Both the position numbers and the translations under genes were made by a program. Positions 9,843 through 20,266 of a stretch of 64,000 nucleotides of DNA are shown one piece after another. This stretch comes from Candidatus Cloacimonadales bacterium (GTDB lineage Bacteria > Cloacimonadota > Cloacimonadia > Cloacimonadales > JAIOQZ01): positions 928,001 to 992,000 of the forward strand of contig CAXXTU010000002.1 in the NCBI GenBank assembly GCA_963662655.2, read 5' to 3'. Below the pieces are notes generated by a model. That model was given only the letters and a program-made list of their open reading frames with translations. It had not been told where the DNA came from and ran no database searches. Each line of letters opens with the position of its first letter. Position 1 is the first letter of the stretch.

Positions 9843-11936
9843 ATGTCCAAGTTTGAGAAATTGTTCGGAGAGCTGACGTTCAATAAGGCGGTGATGAAAC
9901 GCAAATTGAGCAAGGATACATACGAGAAGATCATTGCAACCATGGAGAGCGGCGAACCGCTCGACGAGGCAATCGCCGGAGATATTGCCCATGCGATGAA
10001 GGAGTGGGCGCTCGATGCGGGAGCAACGCATTTCACACACTGGTTTCAGCCCCAGCGCGGCGGAACCGCCGAAAAGCACGACGCATTCATCTGTTACGAC
10101 GAAGGCGGAGACATCATCGAGCGTTTCTCACACGATCTCCTGATACGCTCCGAGCCGGACGCGTCATCGTTTCCTTCTGGAGGGATGCGTTCGACGTTCG
10201 AGGCAAGAGGGTATACGGCTTGGGACCCGACTTCCCCGGCATTCTTGCTGGAATCAGGAGATTCCCGCACGCTCGTTATCCCATCGGTATTTCTTTCATG
10301 GACGGGCGATGTTCTCGACATCAAGACTCCGATGCTGCGTTCCCAGCGAGCGCTCAATGATGCGGCCATCAGACTGCAACGGCTTCTCGGCAATCGATTT
10401 GCCAAGAGAATTCGCGTCATGATCGGCGCAGAGCAGGAATATTTCCTCGTTCCGAGAGAGCTTTACAATGACAGGCCCGACCTTCAGCTTTGCGACCGTA
10501 CACTGTTTGGCGCCCCTTCCCCGAAGGGACAGCAGATGGAGGATCACTACTTCGGCAGCATCAAGCCGAGAATCATGGCGTTCATGGCTGAGCTGGATGA
10601 AGAACTTTACCGCAGGGGGATTCCCAGCAAGACCCGTCACAACGAGGTCTCCCCCAACCAGTTCGAGATGGCCCCGCTCTACGAGGACGCCAATCTTGCG
10701 GTCGATCACAACCTTCAGGTAATGGCGCTTCTCGAATGGATCGCGGAACGGCACAATCTGGCCGCGATTCTCCACGAGAAACCTTTTGAGGGATTGAACG
10801 GCTCAGGTAAGCATGTAAACTGGTCACTGTGCGACAACACGGGCGCGAATTATCTCGAGCCTTCCAGATCGCCACTGAAGAATATCAGCTTCCTCATGAC
10901 GATCGGGGCGATACTGCTGGGGGTGAGTCGTTACGGTAAACTTTTACGCGCGTCCGTCGCGGATGCAGGAAACGACCACCGGCTCGGAGCGAACGAAGCG
11001 CCTCCGGGTATCATGTCCGTCTACCTCGGTCAATATCTGAATGAGCTTCTGGACGAGATCGAGGGAATCGGCAAGCTGTCGAGTATCGCGATGGAGCATA
11101 TCAACCTGGGCGTCCAGAAACTTCCGAAGATCGCCAAGGACATTGCGGATCGCAACCGTACTTCGCCCATCGCTTTTACAGGCAACAAATTCGAGTTCAG
11201 GCCAACGGGATCGAGTCAGAATTGCGCCGAAGCGATCACCATTATGAATCTCATCGTCGCGTGGGGCTACGACCAGATTCACAAACGTATCAAGGGTCGG
11301 AAGGGTAACGTCAAGGAAAACGCGATCCTCGTGCTCAAGGAAGTATTAGGCGAGACACACGATATACGATTCGAAGGCAACAATTATTCCGAAGAGTGGC
11401 TCGAAGAAGCAAAACGCCGTGGACTTCCCATCGCCAATAACACCCCGCAATCGCTGAGATTCTATCTCGACGAGGACGTGAAAGAGCTCTTCAAAAGCTA
11501 CAACGTTCTGTCAGAACGCGAATTGGCTTCCAAAGTGGAGATACGACTTGAAGCTTATTGCAAGACGCTCGAAATTGAATTCCGGACAGCGGAGATGCTG
11601 GCCAACACCCGTGTTTTACCGGCGTTGATCCGGCAACTGAAACAGGTGACGGATGTGTATTCGGGTATATCGAGTGCAGGAATTCAATCGGAATCCCTGA
11701 AGGGTGGTATTCAAGTGCTTGAAGGATTGTATTCTTCAATATCGCAGAAAAAGAAGAAGCTTCTGGATATCCTCACAAAAGGTGAAGCGACAGATAACCT
11801 TTTCCAGAAAGCGAGCTACTACGCTGATAAAGGGCTGACTTGCCTCAAGGAACTCCGGAAGGATATCGATTGCGCAGAGACGCAAATTGCCGATGACCTG
11901 TGGTCGATACCCAAGTATTACAAGCTGTTGCAATAG
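9843..11936 (+). CDS. glnA: Glutamine synthetase type III
   Basis: HWFQP, EPDASSFPSGG, RGYTAWDPTSP, NGSGKHVNWS, HRLGANEAPP, DRNRTSP; GGAGG RBS. Confidence 0.95.
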   Translation: MSKFEKLFGELTFNKAVMKRKLSKDTYEKIIATMESGEPLDEAIAGDIAHAMKEWALDAGATHFTHWFQPQRGGTAEKHDAFICYDEGGDIIERFSHDLLIRSEPDASSFPSGGMRSTFEARGYTAWDPTSPAFLLESGDSRTLVIPSVFLSWTGDVLDIKTPMLRSQRALNDAAIRLQRLLGNRFAKRIRVMIGAEQEYFLVPRELYNDRPDLQLCDRTLFGAPSPKGQQMEDHYFGSIKPRIMAFMAELDEELYRRGIPSKTRHNEVSPNQFEMAPLYEDANLAVDHNLQVMALLEWIAERHNLAAILHEKPFEGLNGSGKHVNWSLCDNTGANYLEPSRSPLKNISFLMTIGAILLGVSRYGKLLRASVADAGNDHRLGANEAPPGIMSVYLGQYLNELLDEIEGIGKLSSIAMEHINLGVQKLPKIAKDIADRNRTSPIAFTGNKFEFRPTGSSQNCAEAITIMNLIVAWGYDQIHKRIKGRKGNVKENAILVLKEVLGETHDIRFEGNNYSEEWLEEAKRRGLPIANNTPQSLRFYLDEDVKELFKSYNVLSERELASKVEIRLEAYCKTLEIEFRTAEMLANTRVLPALIRQLKQVTDVYSGISSAGIQSESLKGGIQVLEGLYSSISQKKKKLLDILTKGEATDNLFQKASYYADKGLTCLKELRKDIDCAETQIADDLWSIPKYYKLLQ

Positions 11937-11964
11937 AGTCTTGCTGCGAATGTTTTTGCCCGTA

Positions 11965-12187
11965 TCGGTGGGCCAGTTGTAGATGATCTATCGCTCACCG
12001 AGCGCCCGGGGCGGCGTTGGAAACCCGAACGTCCCACACGTATTCGATGAATATTCCAATAGCATAACCGATGTCATCGAATACGTGTGGAACTTATCAA
12101 GGGTTTCCTCGGAAAATTACAATGTTGTCGGGTGGGACAACATTGTAATTTTCCGGTGTGCGGAGCACACAACGCCGCCCCCGGCGC
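11965..12187. ncRNA. Highly structured intergenic element (candidate ncRNA or MITE/REP-like element)
   Basis: Nested inverted repeats: 12002-12019/12170-12187, 12020-12026/12101-12107, 12034-12050/12074-12090 (perfect 17 bp), 12110-12129/12136-12155 (perfect 20 bp), 12157-12161/12165-12169, plus hairpin 11965-12001. Confidence 0.5.
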
Positions 12188-12197
12188 GTGGAGCTGG

Positions 12198-14408
12198 TTA
12201 TACGTCTTCGGGTTTCTTCCGGGCAAAAAACATTCGCATTGGACCTTTGCCCTTCACCTCGTAAGGTTCTCGTTCAATGAACTCAAGACCGGTCTTCGCA
12301 GCGTCATTCGCCTGAAGCACTTGCACAACATTTTCCGAGATATTGATTTGCATGGGTTCGGAAAGACTTTCCATTCGCGAGGCCGTGTTGATCGTATCGC
12401 CGAAAACGTCGTAGATATACTTTCTTCTGCCCACAATACCGCCCACGACTTTTCCCGTATGGATCCCGATGCGCACCTGCCACTTGATTATCGATTCCTT
12501 GTTTCGATTTCTGAGGTAGTCGATGATCTGCGTGGCGGCGTTGAGGATGTTGACCGCGTGGTTAGGATTTGCGGCCGGCATGCCGCAAACGGCCAGATAG
12601 GCATCTCCGATGGTTTTGATCCGCTCGCAGTCGTTACGGGTCATGATATCGTCAAAGGCAGTGAAGAGATCGTTCAGCTCTGAAATCAGCATCTTCGGTT
12701 CAAGCTCGGACGACTTCTGGGTAAAGCCCACGATGTCGGAAAAATATACGGTTACATCCTGGTACGATTCTGGTTCGGTTCGTCCTCGTTGCCGGAGGTC
12801 GTCCGCCACGCGAACCGGCAGGATGTTAAGGAGTAGCTTATCCGTTTTGGCCTTCTCGTCCCGGATGGTACGGTTGTCCCTCATCTTTCTTCTCAGACTC
12901 AGGAAAGTCACTGCCGCCAGCAGGAGAACGAGCGATATTCCTATGATCAGTGAATAGCGAATGATCGATTGCCTTTTCAGCTCGAGCGCTTGAATCTGAG
13001 CTTTTTGCTTAAGAATCTGTATCTGCTGCTGGTTCATCTCGTTGACATGCGCCGTTTTCATCAGTTCCATCTGCTGCTCGAGTCGCTCTTCACGCAAATC
13101 GCGAATCTGAATTTCCTTCTTGCGTGAATCTTCTTTCGCCTTCTCGAGCTGCTGATTCTGCTCGCCCATCACTTCCTGAAGCTCAATAATCTTCCGCTCT
13201 TTCTTCGCGGTCTCGTATCGGGTTTCCATCTCGGCGACATGCTTGCTGGATTCGTGTGCGGCGATGCTGTCGTTGATCTCGGCAATCCGCTTGTGGTATG
13301 CCAGCGATTTCTCGTAATCTCCGGTGGCAGAATAAATCTCCACCATGATTTCGAGACTATTCTTCACCAGATCGAATGCGCTGATGTCATTTGCGATTTC
13401 TATTCCCGCTTCCAGCTGCGAAATCGCCTTCTCATAGCTCTTTTGCTTGAAACGCAGATAGCCGATATTGATTCGCGTGGAAGCCGCTCCATACAGATCG
13501 TTGTGCTGCTCTTTCAGCTTCAGGGACCGTTCGTAATATTGAATAGCCTTGTCGAAGTCCTGCTGGTCGTCGAAAACGTGACCGATGTTGTGCAGGGACT
13601 TGGTAATCAGTTCGCTGTCGCCAATCTCGTTGCCGATATGCAACGCCTGCTCGAAGCAATCCAGAGCCTTCTCATAATTCTGCTGCCTGCGATAAACGGT
13701 ACCGATGTTGTTCAGTGTAAGCGCGATTTGGTCCTTGCAACCCTTCTCTCGATGGATTTCAAGCACTTCCAGGTAATATTTCATCGCCTTTTCGGGCTGA
13801 TTCAGCTTTTGGTAGGCGACGCCGATATTGTTTAGCGCGGTGATGATATCATCCAGCTTGTCGATCGCCTGCGCCTCTTCCAGCGCCTGGAAGTAGCAGG
13901 TCAGCGCTTCATTATAATTACCCTTCCGGGTGTAGACAGCGCCAAGATTCTTCATCGAAGCTATGATGCCGGCGCTGTTGGGCAGTTTTTGATAGATTGC
14001 CAAGGCTTCCCGATAGTACTGAATCGCCTCGTCGTACTTTCTCAGACGATCGTCCACATTCCCCAAATTGAACAGCACGATCGCGGTGTTCTCGATGTCG
14101 AATAGCTCGCGATAGATTTTCAACGCCTTTGTGTAGTTGTTCTCGGCGTCGCTGAATCGCTGCAAGTTATACATTCTCCTGCCGATGCGACTGTATGCCC
14201 TGGCAATTTCCATGTCGTTCTTCAAGCCCTGCGCCTTGTACAGCGCTTGCATCTCATACTGAATACAGCGATCAGAAGAAGTCTCCCACGCTTTATCGGC
14301 AAGATTGTTCAACTGCTTGATCGACTGCGGCGTTTGGGCTTGCAAGCAACCCACTGACAGGATAACCAGTAAAAGACATGCAAGACAATCACGTCGGTAT
14401 CGAATCAT
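12198..14408 (-). CDS. Membrane class III adenylate/guanylate cyclase with extracytoplasmic TPR sensor
   Basis: Signal peptide, multiple TPRs, coiled coil, one TM, LLLNILP, FSDIVGFT, KTIGDAY, YDVFGDTINTASRME (K/D residues favour ATP). Confidence 0.9.
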   Translation of the reverse strand: MIRYRRDCLACLLLVILSVGCLQAQTPQSIKQLNNLADKAWETSSDRCIQYEMQALYKAQGLKNDMEIARAYSRIGRRMYNLQRFSDAENNYTKALKIYRELFDIENTAIVLFNLGNVDDRLRKYDEAIQYYREALAIYQKLPNSAGIIASMKNLGAVYTRKGNYNEALTCYFQALEEAQAIDKLDDIITALNNIGVAYQKLNQPEKAMKYYLEVLEIHREKGCKDQIALTLNNIGTVYRRQQNYEKALDCFEQALHIGNEIGDSELITKSLHNIGHVFDDQQDFDKAIQYYERSLKLKEQHNDLYGAASTRINIGYLRFKQKSYEKAISQLEAGIEIANDISAFDLVKNSLEIMVEIYSATGDYEKSLAYHKRIAEINDSIAAHESSKHVAEMETRYETAKKERKIIELQEVMGEQNQQLEKAKEDSRKKEIQIRDLREERLEQQMELMKTAHVNEMNQQQIQILKQKAQIQALELKRQSIIRYSLIIGISLVLLLAAVTFLSLRRKMRDNRTIRDEKAKTDKLLLNILPVRVADDLRQRGRTEPESYQDVTVYFSDIVGFTQKSSELEPKMLISELNDLFTAFDDIMTRNDCERIKTIGDAYLAVCGMPAANPNHAVNILNAATQIIDYLRNRNKESIIKWQVRIGIHTGKVVGGIVGRRKYIYDVFGDTINTASRMESLSEPMQINISENVVQVLQANDAAKTGLEFIEREPYEVKGKGPMRMFFARKKPEDV

Positions 14409-14413
14409 GCGTA

Positions 14414-15106
14414 TCAGGCTCCGCTTTCCTTCTCATCGCGAACCAGCTCCGCTTGCGATTTTCGCAGGTAGAACGGCTCGAGCCTGGACATCTCGTCAAG
14501 ATTATAGGGGGGGATTTCCGCTAAACCGTAGACCATCGATACCAACCCGGAAGCCAGCGGATTGTTCAGGTGCAGAGGAACGGTGCGGAAATCGATATTC
14601 AGCCTGTCCAGCTCGTTCTTGTATGCATCCACACCGCTGCCGAGAGCGATGACCGGCACGTCGATCTGCTTCAGGAAATCCTCAGGCTTGCTGCATCGAG
14701 GTTCGATGATCGCTTTACCTTTTTCGTCGTACAGGGCTCCGTAAACTTCGCCCATACGAGCATCGATGAGCGCCAGAATCTTGCGCTCTCCGCCCGTTAC
14801 GTTACCGGCAAGCAGTTCCAGCGTGTTGACCGCGATCAGAGGAATCTTCAGGCTCATCGCGATACCCTTGGCGGCCGCAAGCCCGATCCGTACGCCGGTG
14901 AAGGATCCCGGACCATTCGAGATGGCGACGCAATCGAAATCTTTCATCTCCATGTTCAGGGAAACCCGCATCCTCTCGATTTCCGGCATCACGCGCTCTG
15001 AGTGCGTTACCTGGATGTCCAGGCAGGATAATGCCAGCAATTTCCCATCTTTCGCGATGGCCACGCTTCCGAACGACGAGGTCGTCTCCAGAGCGAGAAT
15101 TGTCAT
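14414..15106 (-). CDS. tsaB: tRNA threonylcarbamoyladenosine biosynthesis protein TsaB
   Basis: ILALETT, HSERVMP, GPGSFTGVRIG, DARMGEVY, LEPFYLRKSQAE. Confidence 0.95.
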   Translation of the reverse strand: MTILALETTSSFGSVAIAKDGKLLALSCLDIQVTHSERVMPEIERMRVSLNMEMKDFDCVAISNGPGSFTGVRIGLAAAKGIAMSLKIPLIAVNTLELLAGNVTGGERKILALIDARMGEVYGALYDEKGKAIIEPRCSKPEDFLKQIDVPVIALGSGVDAYKNELDRLNIDFRTVPLHLNNPLASGLVSMVYGLAEIPPYNLDEMSRLEPFYLRKSQAELVRDEKESGA

Positions 15107-15107
15107 A

Positions 15108-16253
15108 CTACTCTACTCCCAATTCCTTACCCAGCTTGTCGACATCCTTCAACAAGCCGATCACATCGAGCCCCTGCGGACACGCTTCGACACACTTACC
15201 ACATTCGATGCACTCCGATGGTCGTTTATCCTTTGCGATCATCTGCAGCATGGCCCTAGTCTTGCCTTTGTTGTTGTAGCTGAACCAGTCGTTGTAAATG
15301 GAAAATATCCACGGAATGAAGATTTCCTTCGGACACGGCTGGCAGTAACGGCAGAAGGTGCAATTCACGGGCCGGAGTTGCAGATAAACCTTTTTAACCT
15401 GCTCGATCATCTCGCGATCGTCGTCCGTGAGGCATCCCACCTCCGCTTCTGAGGCCAACTTCAGATCCTCTTCCACTTCAGTCATCAGACTCATTCCGCT
15501 GAGGACGAACCATACTTTTTCCTGATCCCACAGCCAGCGAAAAGCCCAATCGACGGGAGCGCGCAATGGTTTGTGATTCTTATAGATATCCATGATCTTA
15601 TCAGGTAGATTGCGAACAATGTCCCCACCACGAAGCGGCTCCATGATAATCACACCGATTCCCTTGCTGTGAGCGTAGTCCAAACCCATACGTCCTGCCT
15701 GGTCATGCTCGTCCATGAAGTTGTACTGTATCTGGCAGAAATCCCATGTATGCCCGTCCACGATCTCTTTGAACACGTCCGGTCCATCGTGGAATGAGAA
15801 GCCGAAGAAACGTATCTTCCCTTCCTTCTTCTTCTGTTCACCCCAGCGGATCAAATCGAACTTCTTCACCGTCTCCCAGTGGCCTCGATTGAGTGCGTGC
15901 AGCAAGTAGAAATCGATCGTTTCGACTTCCAGTTTCCCAAGCTGCTCTTCGAGAAGGCGGTCTGCGTCTTCCGCGGTCTTCACTTCCCACATGGGTAGTT
16001 TATCTGCGATATACACCTTTTCGCGATAGCCATCCTTGATCACCTTCGCCACAAGCAGTTCGCTATTGCCGCGGTGGTATGGATAAGCGGTATCCAGGTA
16101 ATTGACGCCCTTGTCGATCGCGTGACGGATCATCCGGATCGCTTCCGGCTCGTCGATCGCACCGAAATCGTTGTTCACAACCGGCAGCCTCATGCATCCA
16201 AAGCCGAGGGCGGATACTTCAACACCCAATTTATCATTTCGTCTGTATTTCAT
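15108..16253 (-). CDS. Aldo/keto reductase with C-terminal 4Fe-4S dicluster
   Basis: LGFGCMRLP, DTAYPYH, IMEPLRGG; CTFCRYCQPCP and CIECGKCVEACP. Confidence 0.92.
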   Translation of the reverse strand: MKYRRNDKLGVEVSALGFGCMRLPVVNNDFGAIDEPEAIRMIRHAIDKGVNYLDTAYPYHRGNSELLVAKVIKDGYREKVYIADKLPMWEVKTAEDADRLLEEQLGKLEVETIDFYLLHALNRGHWETVKKFDLIRWGEQKKKEGKIRFFGFSFHDGPDVFKEIVDGHTWDFCQIQYNFMDEHDQAGRMGLDYAHSKGIGVIIMEPLRGGDIVRNLPDKIMDIYKNHKPLRAPVDWAFRWLWDQEKVWFVLSGMSLMTEVEEDLKLASEAEVGCLTDDDREMIEQVKKVYLQLRPVNCTFCRYCQPCPKEIFIPWIFSIYNDWFSYNNKGKTRAMLQMIAKDKRPSECIECGKCVEACPQGLDVIGLLKDVDKLGKELGVE

Positions 16254-16314
16254 ATAACAAATCCTCCATCATGAAAATTTCGATATCGCCGTTTGCAGGC
16301 AAGAAAAAAAAGTC

Positions 16315-17316
16315 TTATACCAAAAGTATACGATTCGAGCTACGGTATGCACTCAGAATATCGTCGATCACCCTGCTGGTTCTTGAAGCGGTCTCTCCCG
16401 TGCTGACACATGGCGTATTTCTCAAAAGCGAACCCACCACTTGCTCCACGAGAGGCTTCTGAATCGGCTGCGTCGATTCGATTTCGAATAGCTGCCGACG
16501 GTGCTCCAGATGAAGCTCGATCGGCGTGAACTTGAAGCAGGAAAACACGATCTTCCCTCTCTTGCCGGTTATCTCCACCCGGTCCACATCCTCGTCGCTC
16601 CTTTCGCTGAATGACCACACGCCATTGAGCGGAACGTCTGCTTCCGTTGAAAGCCTCGCCGCGACATAATCCTCGGATCGGTACATCCCGAGCCTGTTTT
16701 CCACCTGCGAATCAATAACCGTCAACGGTCCGAAACAGAAATCGAGGAAATCCAGCGCGTGCGAGGCCAGATCGACGAACAATCCGCCTCCGGCAATCTC
16801 GGGAACGTAACGCCAGGGAAGGTTTTTCGGATCGAGCTCGCGCGCCACCCGTCTCATGTTGATCTCGATCGACTCGACATCTCCAATCACCTTGCTGTCG
16901 ATGAGCCCTTTCGCCTTCATGAAATAGGGCAATGTCCTGCGATAATACGCGACAAAGAGCGGCACGCCGGTCTCTTTCCCCTTGGCGAGCAACCGTTCGC
17001 ACTCGGCAAAGGTGCGCGCCATCGGTTTTTCCACGTATACCGGCTTCCCCACCTCCATCGCGGCGATCGTGTAGCCTGCGTGCGAATCGGGAGGCGTGGC
17101 GATGTATATCGCGTCGACATCCGGCGATTGGATCATCTCCGCGGGATCCTCGAAACAGAGCGGGATTCCCTTTCGCGCAGCGTAATCCTTCGCTTTGGAA
17201 AAAGTTCTCGACGCAACAGCGACCAGATCGGAATTATCAACCTGCTGAAACGCCGGCGCGCTCTTCTTCTCGGTCACGTTGCCGCAACCGATCATGCCCC
17301 ATCGAACCGTTGTCAC
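16315..17316 (-). CDS. Gfo/Idh/MocA oxidoreductase
   Basis: WGMIGCG, YIATPPDSH, VEKPMA, GGGLFVDLASH. Confidence 0.9.
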   Translation of the reverse strand: MTTVRWGMIGCGNVTEKKSAPAFQQVDNSDLVAVASRTFSKAKDYAARKGIPLCFEDPAEMIQSPDVDAIYIATPPDSHAGYTIAAMEVGKPVYVEKPMARTFAECERLLAKGKETGVPLFVAYYRRTLPYFMKAKGLIDSKVIGDVESIEINMRRVARELDPKNLPWRYVPEIAGGGLFVDLASHALDFLDFCFGPLTVIDSQVENRLGMYRSEDYVAARLSTEADVPLNGVWSFSERSDEDVDRVEITGKRGKIVFSCFKFTPIELHLEHRRQLFEIESTQPIQKPLVEQVVGSLLRNTPCVSTGETASRTSRVIDDILSAYRSSNRILLV

Positions 17317-18896
17317 ATTACATCCTTGTCTCTATAGACGATCTCGCCATCGATGATCGTCATGCGGGAACGGGCTTCCAGCCAGAACTCGTCAGGCTGC
17401 ATTGTAAAATCGTCCAGCACGATCAAGTCGGCGAGCTTCCCCGGGGTAATCGATCCCAGCATCTTCTCGCTGCACGATCCTTTGGCGGCATCGATGGTGA
17501 ACGCCCGTAAGGCTTCCATGACGGTTATCCTTTCCTCGGGATACCAGGACGGATTGGCCGGATCGTTGCGGAACTTCCGTTGCAAAGCCGAGTAGATGCA
17601 CAGAAACGGATTGATGCTCTCGACGGGCGCGTCCGAGCCGAAGCCGATGGGGACGCCTTCGTCGATCAAAGTACGGAAACGGTACGAGTATTTCGCCGCG
17701 TCACCCCAGTAGCGGTCGGTTGTGCCGGCGTCCATCTTGATGTGAATGGGCTGCATCGCGCAGTAGGCTTTGCTCTCCTTTAGCGCGGGAACATCCTCAG
17801 GCCGGATGCACTGCAAGTGCTCGATTCGATGGAAGAGGTCTCCGTAATCATTGCGTACGCGATTGATCGTTTGAATCACTCGGTGAACCGCCTCGTCGCC
17901 AATCGCGTGGATGGACGACGCGATCCCGTGCCTGGCCCCTTTGGCAACCAGTTCGTCGAGTTCGTCCGGCTCTACGATATACACGCCCCTCCCCCCGTCC
18001 GGATATGGATGAAACATGCGCGCGGTCTGCGAGCCGATGGAGCCGTCGAAGAAGAGCTTCTGACCGCAGATTTTGAACCGTTCGTCACCGGTGTAGGAGC
18101 GAACACCTTTCTCGATCATTTCATCGGCGATGGCGTACGGGAAATGCCAGAAGAAGCGGAAATGAAAGCCGTGATCCACGCAACCGCGGAATAGCCTCGC
18201 CGCACGCCTGGAATCCATGAAGTGCACGCCGGAGAGCCCGAGCTTCCACATCTCACGGATCGTTTCGTTTGCCGCATTGAGCATCAGGTCGTGTTCGTAT
18301 GGCGGCCGCACGGATTCGATGAGCTTCCAGGCCTTTTCATAGAGGAATCCGTTTAAATGGCCGTTGGGGAACCGCCCGAGCTTTCCACCCGGAGGATCGG
18401 GGCTGTCTTTGTGGATTCCGGCTGTCTTCAGAGCGAGCGAGTTGCACCACAACGAGTGCAAATCCTTACTTTTGATAGTGACGGGGACATCGGGAAAGAT
18501 TCTGTCCAGAAACGTGTAATCGAATCCCTCAAGGGAAGGATAGACGTTCTTGTCCCAGCCGCTACCTCCGATCCAAACGGGCAGCCTTTCCTGACGATCT
18601 CTCCAGTCGATGAGGATTTCCTCAACCTCTTCTAGCGACTGCGCGCTGTCCAGATCGACATCGAATTTAAGGCGCACCACATTGTAGAAATGGGTATGCG
18701 TATCGATCATCGCCGGCAGGAGCACGCGTCCGTTCAAGTTGATTGACTGGCAATCCGGCCTGGCGATCGCTTCCAGATCGTCCTTCGATCCGACTGCATG
18801 TATCTTGCCGTCGCGGATCAGGACAGCTTGCGCGTCGTAAATCGACGAATCCATCGTAAGGATGCTTCCGCCAAAGAATAGCAAATCTGTATTCAT
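17313..18896 (-). CDS. Amidohydrolase (amidohydro_3/YtcJ-like)
   Basis: DTHTH, KLFFDGSIG, HAIGD, RIEH, GSDAPV, GSITPGKLAD. Confidence 0.9.
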   Translation of the reverse strand: MNTDLLFFGGSILTMDSSIYDAQAVLIRDGKIHAVGSKDDLEAIARPDCQSINLNGRVLLPAMIDTHTHFYNVVRLKFDVDLDSAQSLEEVEEILIDWRDRQERLPVWIGGSGWDKNVYPSLEGFDYTFLDRIFPDVPVTIKSKDLHSLWCNSLALKTAGIHKDSPDPPGGKLGRFPNGHLNGFLYEKAWKLIESVRPPYEHDLMLNAANETIREMWKLGLSGVHFMDSRRAARLFRGCVDHGFHFRFFWHFPYAIADEMIEKGVRSYTGDERFKICGQKLFFDGSIGSQTARMFHPYPDGGRGVYIVEPDELDELVAKGARHGIASSIHAIGDEAVHRVIQTINRVRNDYGDLFHRIEHLQCIRPEDVPALKESKAYCAMQPIHIKMDAGTTDRYWGDAAKYSYRFRTLIDEGVPIGFGSDAPVESINPFLCIYSALQRKFRNDPANPSWYPEERITVMEALRAFTIDAAKGSCSEKMLGSITPGKLADLIVLDDFTMQPDEFWLEARSRMTIIDGEIVYRDKDVM

Positions 18897-19008
18897 GATC
18901 TCTCCAGTCCAGAGCAAATTCATCTGAAATCTTTTTGAAAGAAGATATTTTCATTGACTGTTCAAAAGCCATGTCAATTAAGTGAAGAAAAAAATTGAAA
19001 GGCTGCTT

Positions 19009-20232
19009 ATGTCAATCCAGAATTTGTACTCGAACCTAACCGTTAACATGAAATCGTCTATGATTCGTGATCTCGTGCATCAAACAAAGGGCGTTCCCGG
19101 AATGATTTCCTTCGCCGGAGGATTCCCTTCACCCAAGACTTTTCCCACTCGAAAACTCGCTGATGTGTTCGAAGAAGTTGTAGCCACCGAAGGCGTTGAC
19201 GTGCTTCAGTACGGCGCAAGCGAAGGCGATACGCACCTGAAAAAACAGATTTTGAAACACGAAGGGATGAAAGAAGTCACGGAAAAAGAACTTCTGATCA
19301 CTGCGGGAGCCACCAATGGCCTGTACCTCTACACCCGTACGTTTATCGATGTCGGCGACGTGATTTTTACCGAAGCGCCCAGCTTCGTCGGTTCGCTGGT
19401 AGCCTTTGAAGGCGCCGGCGCGGAACTCGCCCCCGTCGAAATGGACGATCACGGAATGCGTGTGGACCTGCTGAAAAAATCGTATGAGGAAGTCATCGCA
19501 GCAGGGAAACGCCCGAAATTCATCTACCTGATTCCGGAATTCCAGAATCCGACAGGCATCAGCATGACACTCGAGCGCAAGCGTGAAATCATCGCCTTCG
19601 CTATCGAGAAAGGTCTGCTCATTCTCGAAGACAATCCTTACGGTGAGCTTCGTTATGCGGGGAACGTAATTCCATCGCTCTTCGAAATCGCCCGCAGGGA
19701 ATTCGACAACATCGAAACCGTTACGATGGTGAAATCGTTCTCGAAGCTTCTGGGACCCGGCCTCCGGCTTGCCTATATCATGAGCTACGCGCCGGTGATC
19801 TCGAAGATGTGCTCCTGGATTCAAAAAGTAAGCGTTACCCCCGAGTGCATCGTGCAACGCGCGATCGCGAGATATATGGAGAAAGGCGAGTTCGAGCCGC
19901 ATGTTGATTCGGTGAAGTCCTTCTACCACACCCAGTGTAAAGCCATGCTTGACACACTTGAAGAATCCATGCCTTCATACATTACATGGACAAAACCCGA
20001 GGGCGGAATGTTTATCTGGATCACGCTGCCGGAAACCATGAACGGCGACGAGCTCTTCACCGAAGCGCTCAAGCACAAAGTGGCGTTTGTTCCGGGCAGT
20101 AAGTTCTACCCGACCGGGCACGAAAAGTTCAACGCGATCCGCCTGAACTACTCCTACGCGACGGTCGAACAGATCCACGAGGGCGTAAAACGCCTGGCCG
20201 TACTGATTCGCGAACAGGGCGGCGAAGAATAA
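19009..20232 (+). CDS. PLP-dependent class I/II aminotransferase (LysN/ARO8-like)
   Basis: ISFAGGFP, FQNPTG, EDNPYGEL, SFSKLLGPGLR, PEGGMFIW. Confidence 0.9.
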   Translation: MSIQNLYSNLTVNMKSSMIRDLVHQTKGVPGMISFAGGFPSPKTFPTRKLADVFEEVVATEGVDVLQYGASEGDTHLKKQILKHEGMKEVTEKELLITAGATNGLYLYTRTFIDVGDVIFTEAPSFVGSLVAFEGAGAELAPVEMDDHGMRVDLLKKSYEEVIAAGKRPKFIYLIPEFQNPTGISMTLERKREIIAFAIEKGLLILEDNPYGELRYAGNVIPSLFEIARREFDNIETVTMVKSFSKLLGPGLRLAYIMSYAPVISKMCSWIQKVSVTPECIVQRAIARYMEKGEFEPHVDSVKSFYHTQCKAMLDTLEESMPSYITWTKPEGGMFIWITLPETMNGDELFTEALKHKVAFVPGSKFYPTGHEKFNAIRLNYSYATVEQIHEGVKRLAVLIREQGGEE

Positions 20233-20266
20233 TTTAATTTCCGTCATGAAATACATTCTGGAGGTG

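Noticed and set aside
11983..12264. 93-aa ORF across the structured intergenic element
   Set aside because: No RBS or motif, overlaps the cyclase 3' end; the sequence is better explained by nested inverted repeats
13300..14200. Repetitive sequence within the cyclase gene
   Set aside because: Ordinary TPR protein repeats, not a DNA repeat element
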